Shown in pieces: positions 53,630 through 64,000 of a stretch of 64,000 nucleotides of DNA. The DNA comes from the human T2T-CHM13v2.0 reference genome, Homo sapiens: NCBI RefSeq assembly GCF_009914755.1, contig NC_060944.1. One strand, written 5' to 3'. How positions within the stretch are numbered: position 1 is the first letter of the stretch; each line of letters opens with the position of its first letter. The position numbers were made by a program, and so were the translations under genes. A model generated the notes under the pieces. It was not told the origin of the DNA. It saw only the letters and a program-made list of their open reading frames with translations, and searched no databases.

Positions 53630-54700
53630 TTTTTTAAAGTGGGTTAGAATTTACGTACAATAAAGTTCACCCATGTTAGTGTTCCATTTGATGAGTTTGG
53701 GCAATTGTATATAGTCATGTAATAATCAGTACAGAGCATTCCATCACCCCCAAAATTTCCCTTGTACGCCTTTGCAGTCAATCTATTCCCCTCTACCCTT
53801 GGCCGTAGTCAACTACTGATCTGCTTTCTGTCCCAACAGTTTCGCCCTCTCTGGAATGCTTTGGAAATGTATCTGCTGTTGCCTATATCAGCAGTTCCAC
53901 CAATGAATGGGCATTTGCGTTCTCCAATTTGAGGCTATTAAGAAAGTGGCTATGAAAATTTACATACAAGTCTGGGCATATGTTCTATTAGATTTCAAGC
54001 AGAAGAGTGATAGTTTGATACAATTTCTAATTTACATAAAAGTTGCAGAAATGGTACACAGAACTTTCATAACACTTCAAATTAATCATTAATGTTTCTA
54101 GGCTTCTGGGCTATTTGAGGTTGTGATTACATTGACCTGATACCCCATTATTCCATGATACTTCAATGTGTGTTCTTAAGTACAAGACCACCCTCCCACA
54201 TAACCACAATATGACCATCAAAACCAGGGAATGTGGCTGGGTGCGACGGCTCATGCCTGTAATCCCAGTGGTTTGGGAGGCTGAGGTGGGAGGGTCATGT
54301 AAGACCAACTGGGGCAACAGTGAGACCTTGTGTCTACAAAAAGAAAAAAAATAAGCTGGATGTGGTGGTGTGTGCCTGAAGTCCCAACTACTGGGGAGGC
54401 TGAGGCAGGAGGATTGCTTGAGCCCAGGAGGTTGAGGTTACAATTATGTGTGATCATGCCACTATGCTGCAGTCCGGGCAACAGAGTGAGACCCTGTCTC
54501 AAACAAAACAGGAAATAATCCCATATTATCATCCAATCCAAGTTTTGTTTATATTCCAATAATGGCTCAAGAATCCAATCCAGGATTGTGTTGCATGTAG
54601 TTGTCATGTTTCTTTAGCCTCCTGTTGATTCCTCAGCTTCTCCTTGTCTTTCATGATGTGAATTTTATATAGAGATAGTCTGTCTACCTCTGGATATATC
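53630..54700 (-). mobile_element. L1M fragments containing an AluJ (+, 54235-54510)
   Basis: CATTCCATCACCCCCAAAATTTCCCTTGT; CAAGAATCCAATCCAGGAT...GTTGTCATGT; AluJ diagnostics. Confidence 0.7.
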
Positions 54701-55329
54701 TACACAGTTATGTTAAAAACTATGAATGTCTAAGAATGTCTCTGCAGTCTTAACAGCACTGAGTTCATCCTGGCTCTCCCCCTTCCCCTGTGTATAAATC
54801 ACTTCTCCACCAGTCCCATTAACTTCAATATATTATATTTGCTAATTTTCCCAAATCTTTCCTGTGCAATCAAACTCTATAAGGCTTCAATAGGGAGCAG
54901 GGGAAAGGAAAAAGGAGACAGCAATGCTTTAAAGAAGATTTGGTCAAACCAAGATCTTTTGACCTTCCCTATCTCATCCATCTTTTGGGAGTGTGAGTTT
55001 TGAGGAATGATTGAAGGGAGTAGATGTTATTTAATATAGTGGTTCTTAACTTTGGCTGCATATTAGAATCATCTGGGAGCCATTTTCAAATACCCATGCT
55101 CAATCTACACCCCAGATCAATTAGTCTCCAGGGATGAAACGTAGTCATCAATATTTTTATAAACCCCCCTCCCCCCCCAGGGTGATTCCCTTGTCACCCA
55201 AGATTAAGAACTAACAAAGCAGGTTTCTACTTTCATGAAGTAGGGTATCATAGATCATTGACTCAAATGGTGTTTTTCAAAAGTAGTATATTGATAAATA
55301 GAGGATAATGTTAATTCTGGAAATGGTTG

Positions 55330-55868
55330 TGATGCAGGGCAGGCAAGCCTCAAACTTGGGGCTTAGCCCAGGAGGATTCTTGGCTTCATCCAGGAAAGAA
55401 TTCAAGGGTGAGCTCATGGTGGTAAACAGCAGTCTTTTGGTAAATAGTGTTGCCCCTTGCAGAGCAGGGCTAATTCATACACGGTGTGCCCAGAGTTGGC
55501 AAAGTATTGGCTCTTGGCAACTGCATTTATACCCAGTTAAACTCACTTTCGGTCACATGCAAATTAAGGGGAGGCTCAATACAAATTGAGGGGCAGATTA
55601 TTTAGAACTTTCTAGGAAAGGAGTGGTAACTTCTGGGTCATTGCCATGGAAAGGGGTGGTAATTTCCAGGTTGTTGCCATGGCATTTGTAACTGTCATGG
55701 CACTATGGGAGTGGCTTATGCTAATAAACAATGAAGACAGCTGAGGATCGCTTTTCTTGACATCTCCTTGTCCCTGCTGGTTTCTTCACTTTTTACTGCC
55801 TGGACCAGATCCTGTTCTGGTCAGCAGGGTGGTGACCAGAAAACAAGTTCTTCTGGTCTCCTACCTCA
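55330..55868 (-). mobile_element. ERV1 solo LTR (MER66-like)
   Basis: TG...CA termini with 4-bp TSD GTTG at 55326-55329 and 55869-55872; minus strand starts TGAGGTAGGAGACCAG. Confidence 0.75.
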
Positions 55869-56283
55869 GTTGCAAGAAACTCAAAACTCCATTTTAAACT
55901 TTAAGCCTTATAGTATCTTCTGTTTGAGTATTTAACAAGCATTTGTTTTTCCTTGAAAATATATCCAGCCAAGACCTTATGAAGAATGTGAGCTAAAATT
56001 ACGGTATTTTACTTGCCTGGAAACAGTACTTCTCAAATGTTAATGTGCATACAGGTGACTTGAGTATCTCATTAAAACGTAGATTTAGATTGTGTCTCCG
56101 GGGTGAGGTCTGAGAAACTTCATTTCTATAAAGTGATGTCAAAGTTACTGGTCTGGGGACCATGTTTTGGTGGCAAGTTGCAAGACCCCAGAGTTTCTAC
56201 CCTAATGATTTATTCAATGACTCTTAGAGGTGTTATCAATCTGTTTTTAAAGCCAGGGACTTTGCCCAGGGGAAAAATGCATG

Positions 56284-56286
<3 letters not shown>

Positions 56287-56320
<34 letters not shown>
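56287..56320. repeat. (CA)n microsatellite
   Basis: Perfect CA run. Confidence 0.95.
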
Positions 56321-56322
<2 letters not shown>

Positions 56323-56349
56323 CTATGCGTACAATTTCGGAGCAATTGT

Positions 56350-56830
56350 GCATTCATTCAGTGAATACCTATTTAATGCACACCAAGTATCTTTCCGGGT
56401 GCTAATGACAGAGTGAGGAACAAGATAGCAAAGATGCCTGCCTTGTGGAGCTTTCATTATACTGTTGGTTGGAAGACAAACTAAGTAAATAAAGCAGGCA
56501 TGTCAGCTATGATACATGCCTTAGGACAGTGTACTGCAGCCACGTGATACAGGGATTGGGTGGAGGAAGGTTTGAAGTGGCTCTTTTAAATTGTTCTGTC
56601 TGTGGAGGCATCTTGGCCAGGAACCTGAATGCCAGTATCTGGGGAAAAGCATCCTAGGTGGTAAGTTCGGAGCACCTGAAGCAGAAATGAGTTTAGTGTT
56701 TTCAAAAGTTAGAGAGAACTGGTATGGGAGGAACAGAGCGAGTGGAGGAGAGAGCAAAAGGTGAAATCCCAGAGGTAGAAGGGCCTGATCCTACAGGAGC
56801 TTGTAGGCCATGACAAGGAGGCTGCCTGCA
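56350..56830 (-). mobile_element. L2 fragment
   Basis: CATTCATTCA tail, CCTGCCTTGTGGAGCTT, CTTGTAGGCCATG. Confidence 0.7.
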
Positions 56831-57723
56831 CTTGACCGAGCCCATGCTTAGATCCTAAAGGAGCCATGGCCTCCATTTAAGAACTCCAGACAGAGAATCT
56901 AATTTAGGAACTGAAGGGGAAAAATGTCATTTAGGGATTGAATGTTTGGAGAATACGTCTGAAAATCTAGAGGAACGAGTATGAAAACTGGGGCCAGAAC
57001 CCTCACTGAACCCCCAGTGGCCCCAGTGTCTTTGGCATAACTGCCAGACACAGCTACTTGCTGAATTATTGCAAGTTCAAATTCCTATTTGCATGCAATT
57101 TTACCAAGAAGCCTCTAGCTTCTGTCCTGTGTCTGCCACTTTAGAATGCCAGAACACCACAAGCTTTCCCAGGCTGCACTCAGAAGGCTTGGTTATCTCA
57201 TTACTTTATTTCTTCACCTTCAAATGTCCAATAATGGCTTCACGTTAGCATTAGCCTGATTTTCTAAGTTGTGATAGCTTGAATGTCACATTTTGCTTTT
57301 TGTTTTTAATCATTTTATCCTGCTTTTGGGGATCTGTATATGCTCCCCAATGGGGAGTTTTTGCAGTCCCCATTTCTTCAAGTGCCTCTTAAATGACAAT
57401 TGTCTTTTAACTCTCCTATGCTGAGGGCTGGTTTGAGACTGGAACAGTCCATAAAACAGCTGCGCAATCAGGATTAAGAAGATTTAATCAATGCTTTAGT
57501 TTTCCCAGAAATTTAGACCTTTAGATTGATTACAGGGGAAAAATTGGAAAGGCATTCTGCTTTCAAAAATAATATCGAATTCAATCTTTCCTTGATGTGA
57601 AACAGGAAATAAATGATTTATTCTAATTTGTCAATTCCAAGTTGACAACAATGAATTGAAATAGCATTGAACCATGATCCCTCTGGTAACCTTTAGATAG
57701 GATGGTTCAAAATGACCACTTTA

Positions 57724-58295
<572 letters not shown>

Positions 58296-59239
58296 CCCAA
58301 AACAAAAAACCTTTTTATTATATTTTGCCTTACCCATTTATCCCTTGGGAAATTGTATTGCACAAAATTATTTAGTAAGTTAAATTCTTGTCCCTCATTT
58401 TATGAGGTTACGACTTTGGGGTTGGGGGAGAAGGCACTGCTCCGAAGTCACATCATCAACCAAGGTGGAGAAGGCATCCTGAGAGGATCTCTATTCTAGA
58501 AGCAATGGATAAGAACAGGGGAAGGGCCACCTTATGGGAGAGATGCCAGCCTCAAACACCCTATAAAAAGCAGTAACTTACTGTCTGTCTCTTCTAATAG
58601 AAAGCAACACTTGGGGCCAAAATATTTTTTTTAAATTTACTGCTATATCTTTAGTGCCCAGAACTATACCTGGCACAGTAAGTGCTCAGTAAATATTTGC
58701 TGAATAGACGGAGCTAGGGACTGGCGGTTCCACTTTGGTGCCTCTAGGAGTGCTCCTCTCCCCATGGGAAACATGCTCAGAAGCAGGAAGTTCCAGGTAA
58801 CATAAACTTGTAACTTCACTCTCTTCTCTTTGACCTGTCACCCTTGAGCATTTGAGACTGAATTGCAAAAGTCTTAGAGAGAAGAGGTAGGGGAAAGATT
58901 GACCTATTTTTCCCAACCCACCCATCTCTTTCCCCACTGGTAGGGTCTAAATGGGGCATCAATTAGTATGTTAGAATTCATCTCTAGCCTGGGACAGGCA
59001 TGCCTTCTAAGAATCCTATCATGAAAGATTTGTAAGCATAAGAATCTTTCATTTATCTATTACGTAAATCCAGATTTATTAATTGAATTTGTTTAAATCA
59101 AATTATTTGTGCTATAGATCTCACATTTTCAACAAATTCCTACAACTAGTATGTCTTTGCTCATAAGCTGAAGGAAAATTAGGGGTGAATTAAAACTAAA
59201 AATGGTTTGAAATTCTCATAGTCCTCTCAGCAAAGCCCT

Positions 59240-59522
59240 ACTGATTGATACAATAGACCACTGCTAAAGCGGCTTTAACAATAGTGGACCATTTTGGATA
59301 TTATCTGTGTATAGAAAGACACAGAGTTTGACTCTGTTTGGAAAATCAGACGCTAAATAGCCCCTGAAGCCGAGCAGCCTGTTATGAAAACGGAGGGGTG
59401 GTAGGCCCTTCTAATTGGCCAGGGTATTTACCCAGAGCTCTGGCTTTCACATAAAAGGCAGGAACCACTGAAGTCAGTCCCCGCTTCCAGTCAGAGTTCA
59501 AGTTAAAACAGAAAAAAGGAAG
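59240..59522 (+). promoter_or_regulatory. OTOR: OTOR proximal promoter (TATA-like box, inverted CCAAT, SOX motifs)
   Basis: CATAAAAG 59450-59457, ATTGG 59414-59418, ACAATAG 59250, AACAATAG 59277. Confidence 0.6.
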
Positions 59523-59637
59523 ATGGCAAGAATATTGTTACTTTTCCTCCCGGGTCTTGTGGCTGTATGTGCTGTGCATGGAATATTTATGGACCGTCTA
59601 GCTTCCAAGAAGCTCTGTGCAGATGATGAGTGTGTCT
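59523..59637 (+). CDS. OTOR: OTOR exon 1 coding part (signal peptide to LCADDECV)
   Basis: aagATGG start; donor TCT|gtaagg. Confidence 0.97.
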
Positions 59638-61524
59638 GTAAGGACTTTTTTATGCTTTTCATTATCTTTCTATTACATAATTGAAAATATATCCACTAAT
59701 AGCATAAAATCGAATTATACTTTGAAGTGAATCTTCTCCAATGTGTATGTTATCAGCTTTGTTTCTTCTGGTCTGCATGTTTGGTATCTTACTACGGAGA
59801 ATTCACTTGGCTGAGTTTTGTTGCAGCTTTAATATCTTGGCTGTCTTCTTTCTCTTGGATAGACACCAGCTATGAACTGGGAATTATCAGTCACTCTGAT
59901 TTTCTAGTTTTTCTAATATACATTGCCTTTTACTGTTATAAAATTCAGGAGCCTAAAATGTAATCATTTAAATTTTTTTTCTTCCAGATACTATTTCTCT
60001 GGCTAGTGCTCAAGAAGATTATAATGCCCCGGACTGTAGATTCATTAACGTTAAAAAAGGGCAGCAGATCTATGTGTACTCAAAGCTGGTAAAAGAAAAT
60101 GGAGCTGGAGAATTTTGGGCTGGCAGTGTAAGATAATTTAAACACCTATTGACGAATATTGCTCTTAACCTTTCCTTGATTACCTACCTTCAACCTATTT
60201 TAATGCTTAATACTAGTTGTTAAGAACCATGTAGTGATTGTAGATGGAAATGCAAAAATTCAGGTATATTTGCTATTGCATTTTAAAGAAAGAAAGATCA
60301 ATTTCGTAACAAAACCAAATGTAGGTTAATGTGATATTTTGGTAAAAAAAGAGTCAAATACATGGGGGCTTAAACATCCCAAAGAATTTGAATCTTATCC
60401 GAAAACGTCTGAGAAGATTTGCCAAGTAGAAGGCATGTGTGTTGGCAGTGAGTCTAAGTATCAATATTCTTTTAGGAAACTTTGCACCCTAATTAATTCG
60501 AAAGAATCAGCGTTCTTCAGTTAAAATATACAGGGGCGGTCCCTGGGGAGGGATGAAGCAGGGATGATTTTCTGTCCTCATCTGCAACCCTAAAGGTAAG
60601 TTCTAAATTAATGAAGGATTAAATTTAAAGCCATTTAAGTCTGTTCATTTGAATTGTTGAAAACTGAGAAATTTGCATCATTTAAAATAAGTGTCTACAG
60701 TACTTTAAAAAAATGTACTGTCTTTATATATTTATTTATGGGTTCAAAAAAGATTTCAGGCAACTCACAAGATTGCGTAAAATAAAGTCATGCTAAAGTA
60801 GCGAAATAAGACTGGGCCACTAAACAGTAGATGCACAATTCCTGCGGGTTAACTTAGTGCTCCAAGTAAACTTCGGATTTGCCGCAGCGCCCCCTGGACC
60901 CCGGAGTGAAAGGGAGGTATTGGCAGCTATGATTCTCACCATCAGCAAAGAGGACGCCTGCGAGTTTCTCAGAAGACACTCAGCATCAGCTTTTTCCTGA
61001 TTGCTATTCTTCTGGGCACTTAGGTTTATGGTGATGGCCAGGACGAGATGGGAGTCGTGGGTTATTTCCCCAGGAACTTGGTCAAGGAACAGCGTGTGTA
61101 CCAGGAAGCTACCAAGGAAGTTCCCACCACGGTAAGCATCTCAAAAGTGACTAGACAAGGACTCAGATCTTGGGGCAATGTAGGCCGGTGTTAAAAATGC
61201 ATCATGCAACTTACAAGTTGTATAGAACAAAGCCTCCAACTTTCAGTGGCGACTTTTCTGAGATAATGAGGTTTGGGGGACCATTTATAACTACTGTCAA
61301 AGTTGAAAGATGAGTAAACTTTCTCTATACCACCCCCTTTTGTTTTATTTCAGTTTACTACTTTTTGTCTCATCTTTTTTCTATATTTTTTCAGCTTTAT
61401 TGGGTTATAATTGACAAATAAAAATTGCATACATTTAATGCCTACATTATGTTTTGATATACATTGTGAAATGATCATCACATTCAAGCTAGTTAACACA
61501 TACATCACCTCACATAGTTACCTT

Positions 61525-61555
<31 letters not shown>

Positions 61556-62241
61556 ACATTAAGATCTGCCCTCTTAGCAAATTTCAAGTATACAATACAG
61601 TACCTCTTTTGTTTTAGATGCAAGTTGTCTTGCAAAGCAGTCTATGTAACAAATAAAGAAACCAAAGTCAGCACTGACTCTTACAGATGGTTTTCACTAA
61701 AGATAGGCTGAAAAAAAATTATTATGTTTTTGATCAAATCGAAATATTCTAGAACAATCTTTGAATGTCTTATTTTTGTGGTAAATAGATTCTATTTATG
61801 TATGAAATAAAGTTATACTCTTCCTAATGCCCTGGGGTCCTGTAAACTCAGGACAGAAATAAAAGATGCTTTCTGAGCTACTTTGCAAGGTGCTTGTTTT
61901 GAAGTGATTCTTCTGGAGCTAATTGTTGTGCTTCAAACACTGCTCATCCTACACAAATGGGACTCACTTGTCATCACTTCTTAGCATTATGCTGAAATCT
62001 GTCAGATAACTGCAAATTAAAGGTTCATTTTAGGACCTTCATTGTAAGTAGTTTTTGACTTAAAGTGGTAAATATTTCATATTTTTTGGGGGTCAACCTT
62101 TACTTACTTTAAATCCAAATTTCTCTGATTAGATATGACTTTAAATACAGAATCTACATCTGTTTTTTTAGCCTAGGCTATTTCGTTCAATCTTTTTTTG
62201 TTTTTGTTTTTTTCCAGGATATTGACTTCTTCTGCGAGTAA
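59523..62241 (+). CDS. OTOR: Otoraplin (MIA-family secreted SH3-like protein; 4 exons, 387 nt, 128 aa)
   Basis: join(59523..59637,59988..60127,61024..61131,62218..62241) translates [128 protein letters not shown]; signal peptide plus MIA-type Cys pattern. Confidence 0.99.
59988..60127 (+). CDS. OTOR: OTOR exon 2
   Basis: tttttcttccAG|ATACT...GGCAGT|gtaaga. Confidence 0.97.
60884..60902 (-). promoter_or_regulatory. CTCF motif in OTOR intron 2
   Basis: Minus strand reads GGTCCAGGGGGCGCTGC, matching the CTCF core CCASYAGRKGGCRS over CAGGGGGCGC; local CpG retention. Confidence 0.7.
61024..61131 (+). CDS. OTOR: OTOR exon 3 ([20 protein letters not shown]...)
   Basis: cacttTAG|GTTTAT...ACCACG|gtaagc. 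Confidence 0.97.
61385..61600 (-). mobile_element. L1MA 3' fragment with internal (TG)n (61525-61552), OTOR intron 3
   Basis: TATAATTGACAAATAAAAATTG...CATCACCTCACATAGTTACC(TG)n...CTTAGCAAATTTCAAGTATACAATAC. Confidence 0.85.
62218..62241 (+). CDS. OTOR: OTOR exon 4 coding part (DIDFFCE*)
   Basis: Long poly-T tract ttccAG|GAT; TAA 62239-62241. Confidence 0.97.
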   Translation, partial: DIDFFCE

Positions 62242-63268
62242 TAAATTAGTTAAAACTGCAAATAGAAAGAAAACACCAAAAATAAAGAAAAGAGCAAAAG
62301 TGGCCAAAAAATGCATGTCTGTAATTTTGGACTGACGTTTTAAGAATTTGTTACCTTACAGAAGAGCAAGGGCTTAGGGGTTGGAGGTGGCAGATAAAAG
62401 AGGATTTTCAACTCAAATCTTGTTTCCTGCTGGCCTGGTCTGCCCACGAGCTAGAGCGGGGAAATGTTGAGCTCAAATGGGTAAATTGAGACCAGAAAAT
62501 TATTTTTTCAACCTAGAGAATCTCCTCTTACAGGGGGATGCATATAACAGATCATGTATGTGTAGTTATTTCTAAGTAGTAATTCTTCCCAGCTCTTTGA
62601 TTTGCCATATATAAAATAGGTGGGTCGTATGTCTTCCCTTTAGACATGATGTTTTCTACTCATTTGTCTCTCTGGCCAATTGAATTATTAATAAAAGGTC
62701 TGTATTATCAAAGAGTATTCTAGTATTTTTGTTACTTTTAATATTTGATGCCTTTTGGAGGTAAAGCTGTTGGGGGAAGAAGAGTTTTTGGACCCATAGA
62801 TGTTTGGATGATGTCTCTAATTTGTCATTTAGAAAAATCTCAAAAATGATTTCAGTTGAATAACTTGCCTTCTAAATGATCAATTTACTTCTCCCCCAAT
62901 TTTAAAGAAGTATGTGTATATTTAATAGGGGAAGGTAGTTTATGGAAATATTTTTAATGGAATAGTTTTCCCTTAATATGTATCCTTGCTGGATATTATT
63001 CAAGCTGCAAGTCATCAAAAGACCCAGAAAAAAAAAAGTCTGTAGGTTATTTTCTCTACTTCTATTTCAACTTTGAATTTCCTCTTCCTGTGCAAATTCC
63101 TCTAGTCAAGTGTGATATATCAAGAAATCTGAGGAGGATGCAGGTTTTGTGGTCCTGATGGGCCCACAAGTTTTTCTATATTTAACTGGAAATATGCTTT
63201 GATTTTGTGTTATTAATATAATTCTTTTGATGTAGTCATGAGTTTTTCTTTGTTTGCATATAATTAAA
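62240..63268 (+). terminator. OTOR: OTOR 3'UTR candidate polyA signals
   Basis: AATAAA at 62240, 62281, 62690; ATTAAA at 63263. Confidence 0.55.
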
Positions 63269-64000
63269 ATGCCTCTACTTAATGTCACAATTCTGAGTTT
63301 TTTCTAAAACATTTTTCACCTTAGAGAATGAAAGTGTGGGGGAGTTGGGAATGAAGCTTGTTTTTCAGTTCTCTGTGATCTGGACATCCCCTAAGCATGA
63401 AGAAGAGAGCAGAAGAGGGCATTTAGGGTGAGCCACAGACTTGGCCCAGGGTCATTTTTTAGCTCTGTCAGCTGTGATTTTGGGTGAATATCTTTTTACC
63501 AAATTCTTATGTAGGTCGGTCAAGTAAAGTACCAAAATGCAAAACACAATAAAATAAAATACCAATGTTTATTTGTTTCTATTTTACTTTATTCCAAAGA
63601 GGTTTCAAGTAGCATCTAGGGCTCTCGACACAACTTTAGACTAAGAGGTATTTATCCTACTTCTGCTTCTATCTGCCTCTCACTTCCTGGCCTTTCCATT
63701 CCAGAAACACCCAGAACACCTGAGGTGCCCAGCACCCCCATTGCTCCCACCTGGCCTTAGGCACACAGCTTCACTCCCCATGCATGGGGCTTCCAGGGCA
63801 GAACTCCCTCCTTAACTCAGTCAGCTCCAACCCATCAAAACTGAGCTCATCCAGGAGTTGGAAGGTCATTGACTGATTTCTATCTTCTGGGGCCTATCTG
63901 CATTAAAAGAAAGCAAGCACTTGCAGGACTTTAAACATTCATCTGTCCTCTAAAAATGCAAATGGCCAACCCTGGACCAGCAGCAGCAGCAGGTGGTCCT

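Overview
Primate (almost certainly human) genomic DNA, rich in Alu, L1, L2, MIR, MaLR/ERV LTR and hAT elements. It holds two intact + strand protein-coding genes that I assembled by hand from splice sites. SNRPB2 (U2 snRNP B'', 225 aa; CpG-island promoter ~40.8-41.7 kb; CDS in 6 exons, 42824-52127) is followed ~7 kb downstream by OTOR (otoraplin/MIAL1, 128 aa; 4 exons, 59523-62241); from recall this is human 20p12.1. The first ~40 kb has no supportable protein-coding gene; it is mostly old repeats, including a two-LTR THE1 (MaLR) element. Nearly all supplied ORFs are repeat-derived or chance ORFs. I see no CRISPR array, tRNA/rRNA gene or new multi-gene system. Best leads: (1) SNRPB2 exon 4 is flanked on both sides by alternative splice sites that would create premature stops, a possible AS-NMD switch in a core U2 snRNP gene; (2) a 72-nt mini-intron plus 28-nt micro-exon in the SNRPB2 5'UTR; (3) the SNRPB2-OTOR pair mirrors the paralogous SNRPA-MIA pair; (4) several TE micro-rearrangements. 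Repeat family names and boundaries are from recognition by eye and are approximate.
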